Assembly: GCA_050115495.1 (NCBI GenBank)
Contig: JASFQK010000007.1
Location: 1-64,000 of the forward strand
Reading direction: 5' to 3'
Length of the DNA stretch: 64,000 nucleotides
DNA from: Phycisphaerae bacterium
Lineage (GTDB): Bacteria > Planctomycetota > Phycisphaerae > UBA1845 > Fen-1342
Each line of letters begins with the position of its first letter. The stretch's first letter is position 1. Of the stretch, positions 10,553 to 19,114 are shown piece after piece. The notes under the pieces were generated by a model, which was not told the DNA's origin, did not search any database, and saw nothing but the letters and a program-made list of their open reading frames with translations. A program made the translations under genes and the position numbers.

Positions 10553-11074
10553 TCAAACCCCATTGGCGTCCGACAGTTCAACTGCATCTTCAGGCGCCGC
10601 GCCAACCTCGTCAAATACGCCGCTGCGCAGCACGCCTTCCAGGAAGGCGGTCGCCGCGGCCAGGTTCGCCCGGGCCTGCTCGCTCAACTCCTCCCCGAAT
10701 CGATCAAACGCATAACCGCGAATGCCGAGCACATAGCCGGTCGTCCGGGCCCCGAACAGCTTGTGAGCCACCGCCATCACGCCGGCCGGCTCCACGCTGT
10801 GCGTGCTGAACCCCAGCTCCGCCTTCTCAGGCACCCGCAGCCGGCGGAAGAAGAACGGCTCGCTGCCGCGCAGCGCCGCGTCGGCGAAGATCACGACGTC
10901 GTGCTCCGCCGCCTGGGCGCCGTCTTCCACCGACAACTGGTAGTTGGCCTCCACCGTCACATCCCGCAGGGCCAGCTCTTCCAGCCACGCCGCCAGCGCC
11001 GGACCCAGACCGTCATCCAGACGACCCGGGTTGCCGTAGCCGATAACCAGCACTCGCCGGCGGCTCGCGCTCAT
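10553..11074 (-). CDS. hoxW: Hydrogenase maturation endopeptidase (HoxW-like)
   Basis: VLVIGYGNPGRLDDGLG, VIFADA, STH motifs; directly follows the large subunit. Confidence 0.85.
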   Translation of the reverse strand: MSASRRRVLVIGYGNPGRLDDGLGPALAAWLEELALRDVTVEANYQLSVEDGAQAAEHDVVIFADAALRGSEPFFFRRLRVPEKAELGFSTHSVEPAGVMAVAHKLFGARTTGYVLGIRGYAFDRFGEELSEQARANLAAATAFLEGVLRSGVFDEVGAAPEDAVELSDANGV

Positions 11075-11077
11075 CCG

Positions 11078-12520
11078 TTACCCTCGCGTCCGGCGGTCCA
11101 GCAACTGGCCGTCGGCATCGAAGAGCTCCACGATGAGCGGCATCTGCCCCATCGCGTGCGTCGCACACGACAGGCACGGGTCGTACGCCCGAATCGCCAC
11201 CTCGACGTGGTTCAGCAGCCCTTCGGTGATCTCTTTGCCGTCCAGGTACTCGGCACAGACACGCTGCACCGCCCGGTTCATCGGCTCGTTATTGTTCGTC
11301 GTCGAGACGATCAGGTTCGCCATGGTCACCTGGTCGTTCTTGTTCACGCGATAGTGGTGGAAGAGCGTGCCGCGCGGCGCCTCGATCAGGCCGACGGCCT
11401 CTTCCCGGCGCTGACCCTTGACCACCAAGTCCGTGCCCTGGAGATCCTTGTCGTGCAGCAGCTCCTTGATCTTCTCGATCGAGTGCAGCAGCTCGATCAG
11501 CCGCGCCCAGTGGTAGGCCATCGAGATGTTGCAGGTCTTGCCGCCGGTCGCCTGGCGGAACTCCTTCAGGGCCGCGTCCGCCTCGGGCGTGTCGATGAAG
11601 TCCGCCGTGTTGATGCGGGCCAGCGGGCCGACGCGGTACCAGCCCGTCTCCGGACCGAGCGACTTGATGAAGGGGAACTTCATGTACGACCAGGGCCGCA
11701 CTTCCTCGACGATGTGGTCGAGGTACTTCTGGTAGTCGACCTGGTCGAAGATCTTGCCGCCGTCCTTGTCGATAGCCCGCAGGTTCCCGTGGTACAGGTC
11801 CATCGCCCCGTCCGCCCGGATCAGCGACAGGTGATTCGAGTCGAACGAGCCGAACGAGGCCAGCTTGTCCAGGTGCTCGAGCGTGTAGTCGCGGGCGAGC
11901 TTCAGCGCGCTCTGCGACCAGGCAACCATCTGGTCCAGGTCCTTCAGCAGGAAGTCACGCTCGTCGACGCTCACGTTCTTGTTCACGCCGCCGGGAATCG
12001 CTCCGGTGCCGTGGATCTTCTTGCCGGCCGTGATGCGGATGACCTCCTGCCCGTACTTGCGCATCATCACGCCCTGTACGGCCAGGTCGGGGAACTTCGC
12101 CGCCACGCCGATCACGTTGCGGATCGCCGGATCGGCGTCGAAGCCGAAGAGCAGGTCCGGCGAAACCAGGTGGAAGAAGTGCAGGGCGTGCGACTGGAAC
12201 GTCTGCCCGTAGTGCATCAGGCGGCGGACCTTCTCAGCCGTCGGCGTAAGCTTCTCGCCGCCGACGATGCGGTCCATGGCCTTGGCCGCGGCCAGGTGGT
12301 GGCTGACCGGGCAGATGCCGCACAGGCGCTGCACCAGGACGGGCGCCTCCCAGAAGGGCCGTCCCTGGATGAAGCGTTCGAAGCCGCGGAACTCGACGAT
12401 GTGCAGCCGGGCCTGCTTGACCCGGTTCTGCTCGTCCAGCAGGATCGAGACCTTGCCGTGTCCTTCGACGCGGGTCACCGGCTCGATGGCGATTCTCTTC
12501 AGGCCGTTCGCAGTTACCAT
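11078..12520 (-). CDS. hoxH: [NiFe] hydrogenase large subunit, NAD-reducing bidirectional (group 3d)
   Basis: TRVEGHG, L1 RLCGICPVSH, EAPRGTLFHHY, L2 DPCLSCATH followed by a cleavable C-terminal tail. Confidence 0.95.
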   Translation of the reverse strand: MVTANGLKRIAIEPVTRVEGHGKVSILLDEQNRVKQARLHIVEFRGFERFIQGRPFWEAPVLVQRLCGICPVSHHLAAAKAMDRIVGGEKLTPTAEKVRRLMHYGQTFQSHALHFFHLVSPDLLFGFDADPAIRNVIGVAAKFPDLAVQGVMMRKYGQEVIRITAGKKIHGTGAIPGGVNKNVSVDERDFLLKDLDQMVAWSQSALKLARDYTLEHLDKLASFGSFDSNHLSLIRADGAMDLYHGNLRAIDKDGGKIFDQVDYQKYLDHIVEEVRPWSYMKFPFIKSLGPETGWYRVGPLARINTADFIDTPEADAALKEFRQATGGKTCNISMAYHWARLIELLHSIEKIKELLHDKDLQGTDLVVKGQRREEAVGLIEAPRGTLFHHYRVNKNDQVTMANLIVSTTNNNEPMNRAVQRVCAEYLDGKEITEGLLNHVEVAIRAYDPCLSCATHAMGQMPLIVELFDADGQLLDRRTRG

Positions 12521-12551
12521 GGTTCCTTTCTCCAACGCCGCAGAGCCGGCA

Positions 12552-13097
12552 TCAGTCGTACTTGATCAGTTCGTAAGGCAGGGCCACGGGCTTGTCGGTC
12601 AGCAGGGCCACCAGGGCCTCCCACAGCGTGTCCGCCGGCGGGGGGCAGCCCGGCAGGTGATAGTCGATCTTCACCACCTCGTGGCAGGGATAGACCTTGT
12701 TCAGCAACAGGGGGATCTCCGGATCGTCGGGGATCTTCCCGGACGGGTTGTGCACGCTCGGCCCGTTGAGGTAGGCCTCGTCGAGGCATTCCTTCAGCGG
12801 GATCGTGTTGCGCATCGCCGGGATGCCACCCATGATCGCGCAGTCTCCGACGGAGATGAGGATGTCGCAGTGCTCGCGGAACGACTGGAGAACGGCGACG
12901 TTCTCCTCGTTGGCGCAGCCACCCTCGATCAGCCCGACCGCGCAGCGGCCGGTGAACTTCTTGATGTCGTCGACGGGCGACTTGTCGAAGTCCACCAGCT
13001 CGACCAGCTTCAGAATCCGCTCGTCGATGTCCAGCAGCGACATGTGACAGCCGAAGCAGCCGGCCAGCGACGTCGTCGCAACTTTCGGTTTCGCCAT
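12552..13097 (-). CDS. hoxY: [NiFe] hydrogenase small subunit
   Basis: GCFGCHMS, EGG, GDCA, PGCPP; 181-aa single-cluster subunit. Confidence 0.93.
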   Translation of the reverse strand: MAKPKVATTSLAGCFGCHMSLLDIDERILKLVELVDFDKSPVDDIKKFTGRCAVGLIEGGCANEENVAVLQSFREHCDILISVGDCAIMGGIPAMRNTIPLKECLDEAYLNGPSVHNPSGKIPDDPEIPLLLNKVYPCHEVVKIDYHLPGCPPPADTLWEALVALLTDKPVALPYELIKYD

Positions 13098-13108
13098 GGT
13101 CCTCTACC

Positions 13109-13819
13109 TCACTTCGTTCTTGCCGCCTCGATGTCCGAGCCGATCGGCTGGTGGTCGTATTCCCGCTTCCCGATGGGCACCGCGTAGCCGACGCGCTTCT
13201 TCAGAATCGCGCCGACCGGGCAGATGTCCGCCGCCTTGTCCCGCAGGTCCATGTTCGTGTCCGCCAGGCGGGCCTCGGCGTTGACCGCCACCTTCTTCTC
13301 GGGCCCGCGGCCCACGAACTGGAAGACGTTCTTGCCGTCGATGTCCCGCGAGGCCCGCACGCACCGCGCACACAGCACGCAGCGGTTGTGGTCGATGAAG
13401 ATGTCCGGGTGCGAGGCGTCCACGTCACGCTTCTGGAACATGTACGGATACTTCGGGGCCGTGACGCCGAAGCGGTAGGCCAGGGCCTGCAGTTCGCAGC
13501 GCCCGCTCTTCTCGCAGAACATGCAGAAGTGGTTGCCCTCGACGAACAGCATCTCGATCAGATTCTTGCGGAAGTTCGTAACCTTCTCGCTGCTGTTCTC
13601 CACGACCATGCCCGGTGCCGCCGGCTGCGTGCAGGCGGCCGCCGGCCGGCCGTTCACCAGCACGGTGCACACCCGGCAGCTCCCGAAGGGCACCAGGTCC
13701 TTGTGGTAGCACAGCCGCGGGATGTAGATCCCCGCCGCGTCCGCCGCCTGGAGAATCGTCTGGCCCGGGCTGGCCTGGACCTCGACGCCGTCGATCATGA
13801 ATGTAATCGTCTGGCTCAT
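13109..13819 (-). CDS. hoxU: Diaphorase Fe-S subunit (NuoG N-terminus-like)
   Basis: IPRLC, GSCRVC, HFCMFCEKSGRCELQ, RCVLCARCVRA, CPVGA. Confidence 0.93.
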   Translation of the reverse strand: MSQTITFMIDGVEVQASPGQTILQAADAAGIYIPRLCYHKDLVPFGSCRVCTVLVNGRPAAACTQPAAPGMVVENSSEKVTNFRKNLIEMLFVEGNHFCMFCEKSGRCELQALAYRFGVTAPKYPYMFQKRDVDASHPDIFIDHNRCVLCARCVRASRDIDGKNVFQFVGRGPEKKVAVNAEARLADTNMDLRDKAADICPVGAILKKRVGYAVPIGKREYDHQPIGSDIEAARTK

Positions 13820-13831
13820 GACACTTCCCTT

Positions 13832-15652
13832 CTATTCGCCCACGGCGTGGACTGACTGGCGGCCGGCGATTCCCTCCGCATCGCTCACCGCTGCCCGAAT
13901 GTCAAAACTCGGCTGCCGCCCGCTCTCCGGCTCCTTCACCAGAGCCTCGTACGCCCCACGGAAGTTCTTCAGCGTGGTCAGCACGGGGTTCGGCGAGGTC
14001 TGCCCCAGACCGCAGCGGCTGGTGACCTTCACCGTCTCCGCCAGGTCCTGGAGATAGGCCAGGTCCGCCGGCTCGCCGCGACCGGCCAGAATCTGCTCCA
14101 GCCGCTCCTTCATCAGCACGTTGCCCACCCGGCACGGCGTGCAGTAGCCGCAGCTCTCTTCGACGAAGAACTCCAGGAACGAGTTCGCCACTTCCAGGAT
14201 GTTCCGATCCGGCCCGAAGACCATCACCGAACCGCCCGTCGCCAGGTCGTCGTAGCAGATCGTCCGCTCGTACTCCGCCGGCGAGACCATCTGCCCGCTC
14301 GCCCCACCGACCTGCACGGCGATGGCGTCTTCCGCACCGGCCAGCTTCAGCAGCTCGCTGAGCTTCACGCCGAACGGCAGCTCGTACACGCCCGGCAGCT
14401 TGCAGTCGCCGGAGATGCTCAGCAGCTTCGTGCCGCTGCTGCCCTTGCTGCCCCACTGGGCGAACCAGCCGGGGCCCTTCTCCAGGATGCGGGCCACGCA
14501 GCAGAAGGTCTCCACGTTGTTCACCACCGTGGGCGATTCCAGGTAGCCCTTCTGCGCCGGGAACGGCGGGCGGTTCTTCGGATCGCCGCGCTGGCCCTCG
14601 CAAGAGCTGATCAGCGCTGTCTCCTCGCCGCACACGTACGCCCCGGCACCCATCTGAATGCGGATGTCGAAGTCGAAGTTCTCCCGCCCGCAGATCTTGT
14701 TACCCAGCAGGTTCCGGTTCCGTCGCTCGTTGAGCACGTGCTCCAGATACCGACGCAGGTAGGCGTACTCAGCCCGCAGGTAGAGGATGCCCGTCTTCGC
14801 CCCGATGGCGTAGCCGGCGATCGTCATGCCCTCGAAGAGCAGGTCCGGACACTCCGTCAGGACGACCCGGTCCTTGAACGTCCCCGGCTCACCCTCATCC
14901 GCGTTGCAGATGATGTAACGCTGAGCCCCGCTGGCCGCCCGCGTGAACTCCCACTTCATTCCCGTCGGGAAGCCCGCCCCGCCGCGGCCCCGCAACCGGG
15001 CCGTCTTCACATCGCGGATCACCTCGACCGGCGTCATGGCCAGCGCCTTGCGCATCGCCTCACCCGCATTCATGTCGGCGAAGATCACCGGACCTTTCTT
15101 GCGGATGTTGTTGTTCACCATCGCCTGCACCATCTCGTTGGCGTTGTTGCCATCGCCCAGCCGGTGCACCAGACGCTGCGGATCCATGTGCTCACGCAGC
15201 TCTTGCACAATCTGCCGCGCCGTGCTGCGGTGCAGATCGGGCACCACCACATCGTTGATCAGCGCCGCCGGCGCCTGGTCGCACATGCCGATGCACGGCG
15301 TGTGTTCGAGCGTGATGCGCCCGTCCGGCGTCGTCTCGCCGAAGCCGATGCCCAGCTCCTCGCAGAAGACGCCGCCCACTCGGTCGGCCCCCTGCATGCG
15401 GTCGATGATGTCGTTGCACAGGCGGATTACAACCTTGCCCTTCGGCCGCGAGGACAGATAGGCGTAGAACGAGACCACGCTCTCCACCTCGACCCGGTGC
15501 GTCTTCACCAGCCGGGCGATCAGGTTCATCGCCGCGCCGTCCACGCACCCGAATCGTTCCTGTACGCCGCGGACAATGTCCATCATCCGCGTCCGGCTGT
15601 TGCCGTAGGCCTGGCAAATCTGCTTGATGGCCAGTTCATCTGTGGCGCTCAT
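13832..15652 (-). CDS. hoxF: Diaphorase flavoprotein subunit (fused NuoE-like + NuoF-like)
   Basis: CIGMCDQAPA; LRGRGGAGFPTGMKW; CNADEGEPGTFKDR; GAGAYVCGEETAL; ESCGYCTPCRVG. Confidence 0.94.
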   Translation of the reverse strand: MSATDELAIKQICQAYGNSRTRMMDIVRGVQERFGCVDGAAMNLIARLVKTHRVEVESVVSFYAYLSSRPKGKVVIRLCNDIIDRMQGADRVGGVFCEELGIGFGETTPDGRITLEHTPCIGMCDQAPAALINDVVVPDLHRSTARQIVQELREHMDPQRLVHRLGDGNNANEMVQAMVNNNIRKKGPVIFADMNAGEAMRKALAMTPVEVIRDVKTARLRGRGGAGFPTGMKWEFTRAASGAQRYIICNADEGEPGTFKDRVVLTECPDLLFEGMTIAGYAIGAKTGILYLRAEYAYLRRYLEHVLNERRNRNLLGNKICGRENFDFDIRIQMGAGAYVCGEETALISSCEGQRGDPKNRPPFPAQKGYLESPTVVNNVETFCCVARILEKGPGWFAQWGSKGSSGTKLLSISGDCKLPGVYELPFGVKLSELLKLAGAEDAIAVQVGGASGQMVSPAEYERTICYDDLATGGSVMVFGPDRNILEVANSFLEFFVEESCGYCTPCRVGNVLMKERLEQILAGRGEPADLAYLQDLAETVKVTSRCGLGQTSPNPVLTTLKNFRGAYEALVKEPESGRQPSFDIRAAVSDAEGIAGRQSVHAVGE

Positions 15653-15772
15653 GAGCTACCTCTATCACGGTTTCCTCGGCCGCGCCGGCCGGTTCTCCCG
15701 GCGACGGACCCGCCGGTCCACTCTTGAGCAGCGACCAGGCAGCCGCGCCGCCCGTCCGCCCGCTCCCGCACG

Positions 15773-16474
15773 TCATCCTCCAGACCCGGGCTGCGACCCG
15801 CCGGCCGCACCGGCCTGGGCCCGCACCCGCTCGGCCCGCTGCGTCCGCAGCCAGCCGAGCCATTCATCCAGACCCTGTCCCGTCTTCGCCGACATTTCGA
15901 TTAGCGGGGCTCGCGTGTTGATCCGGGACAGATCATCCCGCACGCGACCGCGGTCATAGTCGAGAACGCCCACTAAATCCACCTTTGTCAGCAGAATGGC
16001 GTCCGCCGGCTGGAACAGCGTCGGGTACTTGGCGACCTTGTCGTCCCCTTCCGGCACGCTCAACAGGGCCACACGCACGTGCTCGCCCAGGTCGAAGCCC
16101 GCCGGACAGACCATGTTGCCCACGTTCTCGATAAACAGAAAGGCCACCTGCTCCAGCGGCAGGCCCTTGAGCCCCTCCGCCACCTGCGTCGCCGTCAGGT
16201 GACAGCCGCTGCCGGTGTTGATCTGCGTCGTGTGCGCGGCCAGGTCGCCCAGCCGCTCGGCGTCCCGCGTCGTCTGCAAGTCGCCGACCAGCACCGCCGA
16301 CAGATACTCGCTTCCGAGTGCCGGAATCGTCTTCTCCAGAAGCTTCGTCTTCCCGCTGCCGGGAGCACTCATCAGATTCACGGCCAGCAACCGGGCCGCG
16401 CTCAGCCGCCGTCGGTTCTCTTCGGCGACGGCGTCGTTCGCCTTCAACACACTTTCGACGACGTTGATTTTCAT
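15773..16474 (-). CDS. hypB: Hydrogenase nickel-incorporation GTPase
   Basis: SAPGSGKT, GDLQT, TGSGCHL, IENVGNMVCP, EGDDKVAKYP, TKVD; ATG overlaps the hypA stop (ATGA). Confidence 0.93.
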   Translation of the reverse strand: MKINVVESVLKANDAVAEENRRRLSAARLLAVNLMSAPGSGKTKLLEKTIPALGSEYLSAVLVGDLQTTRDAERLGDLAAHTTQINTGSGCHLTATQVAEGLKGLPLEQVAFLFIENVGNMVCPAGFDLGEHVRVALLSVPEGDDKVAKYPTLFQPADAILLTKVDLVGVLDYDRGRVRDDLSRINTRAPLIEMSAKTGQGLDEWLGWLRTQRAERVRAQAGAAGGSQPGSGG

Positions 16475-16836
16475 GATGGCGACGAACACTCCTGCGTCTG
16501 ACAAACGACCGTCCGCAAGACGATGTCCTTGCCCGCGAGAATGCGCACGTCGGCCTCGCCGCATTGCGGGCACTGGTAGCTATCCAGCGCCGCCGCGAAC
16601 TGCTTCCCGCACGCCCGGCACTCCGCCTCGACGGGCACCTCGCGAATCCGCAGCCTCGCGCCCTCGGCCAGCGTGCCGGCGGTGACCGCCTCGAAGGCCA
16701 TGTGCAGCGCCTCGGGCACAATCTGCTGCAGCACGCCGACCTCGACCTCGACTTCCTCAATCCGTACGACGTCGTGGCCTGTCGTGGCCGTCAGCAAATT
16801 GTCGATCAGGCTCATCGCGATCGACATTTCATGCAT
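16471..16836 (-). CDS. hypA: Hydrogenase nickel metallochaperone
   Basis: N-terminal MHEMSIA; CRAC...CPQC Zn motif. Confidence 0.93.
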   Translation of the reverse strand: MHEMSIAMSLIDNLLTATTGHDVVRIEEVEVEVGVLQQIVPEALHMAFEAVTAGTLAEGARLRIREVPVEAECRACGKQFAAALDSYQCPQCGEADVRILAGKDIVLRTVVCQTQECSSPS

Positions 16837-17159
16837 ACGCGCCCGACTCCTCGACCTGTGGCAGGCGGTCGCAGGCATAAGCCGCGCCGCGCAGTTTTCG
16901 GACGTCGCGTGGAGAAAGCCTCTCGTGTGCCCACGCTTCCGCGGATTCCGTGGCAATCCACGGGCCACTCACAAACCCATACTGTTACGGTGGTAACAGC
17001 TCGCGTTATGCGTCGCACAGCATCGCCAACGTACAATTTTGGCGACGCCAATGCAATCGGCCTTGCGCACTATTCCGCATCATTGCGGCAACCGACACGG
17101 TGCGCAACACGTTTCAGACAAGTGATTTACTTATCAATCAAGTCCGGACCGATACGTGT

Positions 17160-17738
17160 TCAGCCGTCCAGACCACACACCCAAACGGGGATCTGCCATA
17201 CCCGTTCCGGTGTCGACGCCGGCCCCACGACCGCCGTCTGCGGCGCCTTCGCCACCAACCCGTCCAGATCCTGGAAGTCCCATTCCTCACGCTGCACGGG
17301 GCGACCGCGCCCGTCGCTCACCGGACAGCCGTACTCGCCCACCAGCACCCGCGCCGCGAAGCGGTCGCACCGCGACTCCTTCCGCCGCGGGCTCCGACCG
17401 GCGAGCTTGACGAGGAAATGATACAGCTCGTGCAGGTAGACGAACAGGGCGACCTGGTACGCGTCAGCCAGCCGCACGCGGTACGTTTCCCGCCACCAGT
17501 GCGTACGGTTCGACTGCGCCCGGGCGATGTGCGTGCCCATCTCGTACGGAAAGCGCAGGTGCCTGCCCAGGTTCACAAAGATCCGCCCGTCGCCGTAGTA
17601 GCAGGTCCCCGAGAAATCCGCCCCGCGGCTGTACCGCACGCGAACACGCAGGGCGTCGTGCCGGTAGGGCAGCGTATGTCGGACGAAGAGCCGTTGCAGG
17701 TGGGCGCTGTCCAGTGCAGTGGCGTTACTGAAATCCAT
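17160..17738 (-). CDS. Hypothetical protein with HExxH zincin-like motif
   Basis: VYLHELYH followed by E..CDRFA; plausible globular composition. Confidence 0.6.
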   Translation of the reverse strand: MDFSNATALDSAHLQRLFVRHTLPYRHDALRVRVRYSRGADFSGTCYYGDGRIFVNLGRHLRFPYEMGTHIARAQSNRTHWWRETYRVRLADAYQVALFVYLHELYHFLVKLAGRSPRRKESRCDRFAARVLVGEYGCPVSDGRGRPVQREEWDFQDLDGLVAKAPQTAVVGPASTPERVWQIPVWVCGLDG

Positions 17739-17899
17739 CCTTGATCCCATCCCTGGGCGTTGCGGCCTATCAGACCAGCGCACGCCGCAAAAAGCAACCG
17801 TCGCCGGGGGGCCGAACGCGCTGGCGAGCGGCGTGGCTGAGGGCTACCATGCATTCGGCGGCGCCGCTTCCCGGGTGGTGGCGCGGCAGGGGCCCGGCC

Positions 17900-18946
17900 A
17901 TGCCGAATGACCGTGAGCAGTTCTCGCCCAGCGAACTGGCTGTCGTGCTCAGCCATTACGACCTCGGCGTGATTGCCAGCGCCAAGGACTTTCCCCGCGG
18001 TTCGCGCAAGTCCCCCAAGCTCGTCCTGCGGACCGCCGACGACCGTCAATTCATGCTGAAACGCCGGGCGGCCGGCCGCGACGACCCCTACAAGGTGGCC
18101 TTCGCCCACGCCCTGCTCAACCACCTGCGTCAGCGCCGCTTTCCCGTGCCCGCCCTGGTCGGCACGCGGGCCGAGCAGAACTCGATGCTGCAACTGGACG
18201 GGGCCACCTACGAGCTGTTCGAGTTCGTTCGCGGCGAGCGGTACGACGCCTCGCTTGAGCAGACCACCCACGCCGGCAAAACCCTCGCCCGCTTCCATCG
18301 AGCTGTTCAGGACTTTGAAACCGAGTGGGTACCGCCACACGGCAGCTACCACGACTCCCCCGTCGTCCGCCAGGGGCTCAACTCGATCCCCAGCACGACG
18401 GCCAGCCACGATTCGGTCTCCGGCCACGAGGCGGAGCTGCTCAGCCTCACTCAGGATCTGTACGAGCGGTACGACGAGGCCGCGGAGGCCGTCAACGCCG
18501 CCGGCTGCCGCGAGTGGTCCCAGGCCATCATTCACGGCGACTGGCACCCCGGGAACATGCTGTTCCATCGCAAGCGCGTGGTGGCCGTGCTCGACCTGGA
18601 CGCCGCCCGGCGTCAGCCGCCCATCCTCGACGTGGCCAACGGTATGCTGCAATTCTCGATTCTGCGCGGCCGCAGCGCCCCCTCCGAATGGCCCGACTTC
18701 TTCGACGAGACCCGCATGCGCCGCTTCCTGCTGGGCTACCAGTCGCAGGTGGCCCTGCCCGCTGCGCAGCGCGGCGCCATCCCCCACCTGATGATCGAGT
18801 CGCTCGTGGCCGAGTGCGTCTTCCCCATCGCCGCCACGGGCTCCTTCGGCTGGCTGCCCGGGTTCGGCGTCCTGCAGATGGTGGCGCGCAAAGTGCGCTG
18901 GCTGACGGACGCGGTTGAGCGACTTCGGGCGTGGATGACGGATTGA
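17900..18946 (+). CDS. Phosphotransferase (APH / type II homoserine kinase-like)
   Basis: FMLKRR, IIHGDWHPGNMLF, VLDLD motifs. Confidence 0.85.
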   Translation: MPNDREQFSPSELAVVLSHYDLGVIASAKDFPRGSRKSPKLVLRTADDRQFMLKRRAAGRDDPYKVAFAHALLNHLRQRRFPVPALVGTRAEQNSMLQLDGATYELFEFVRGERYDASLEQTTHAGKTLARFHRAVQDFETEWVPPHGSYHDSPVVRQGLNSIPSTTASHDSVSGHEAELLSLTQDLYERYDEAAEAVNAAGCREWSQAIIHGDWHPGNMLFHRKRVVAVLDLDAARRQPPILDVANGMLQFSILRGRSAPSEWPDFFDETRMRRFLLGYQSQVALPAAQRGAIPHLMIESLVAECVFPIAATGSFGWLPGFGVLQMVARKVRWLTDAVERLRAWMTD

Positions 18947-19114
18947 TCGAATCAGGTGTGAGAAAGTGTAATTGCGACAACCTCAGTCGCTTGACAGTGT
19001 CTATAATGCTTATAGGTTGGGCTTGGACTGGGTGGGGCTGGTGCCGGGTCTCGCAACAGAACCCGGTCGCCGCGTTCCCTGGCAGATTACGACTGTAGGA
19101 AGAGGCAGCGCCCG

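Noticed and set aside
15649..15867. 72-aa ORF between hypB and hoxF as hoxE or hoxI
   Set aside because: Overlaps hypB, is low-complexity and has no Fe-S motif; the NuoE-like domain is already fused in HoxF
17037..17056. Sigma54 promoter (GG-N10-GC) for the hydrogenase operon
   Set aside because: It lies on the + strand pointing away from hypA and matches the consensus weakly
18991..19007. TTGACA and TATAAT as a sigma70 promoter
   Set aside because: The hexamers are only 5 bp apart, so they cannot be a -35/-10 pair
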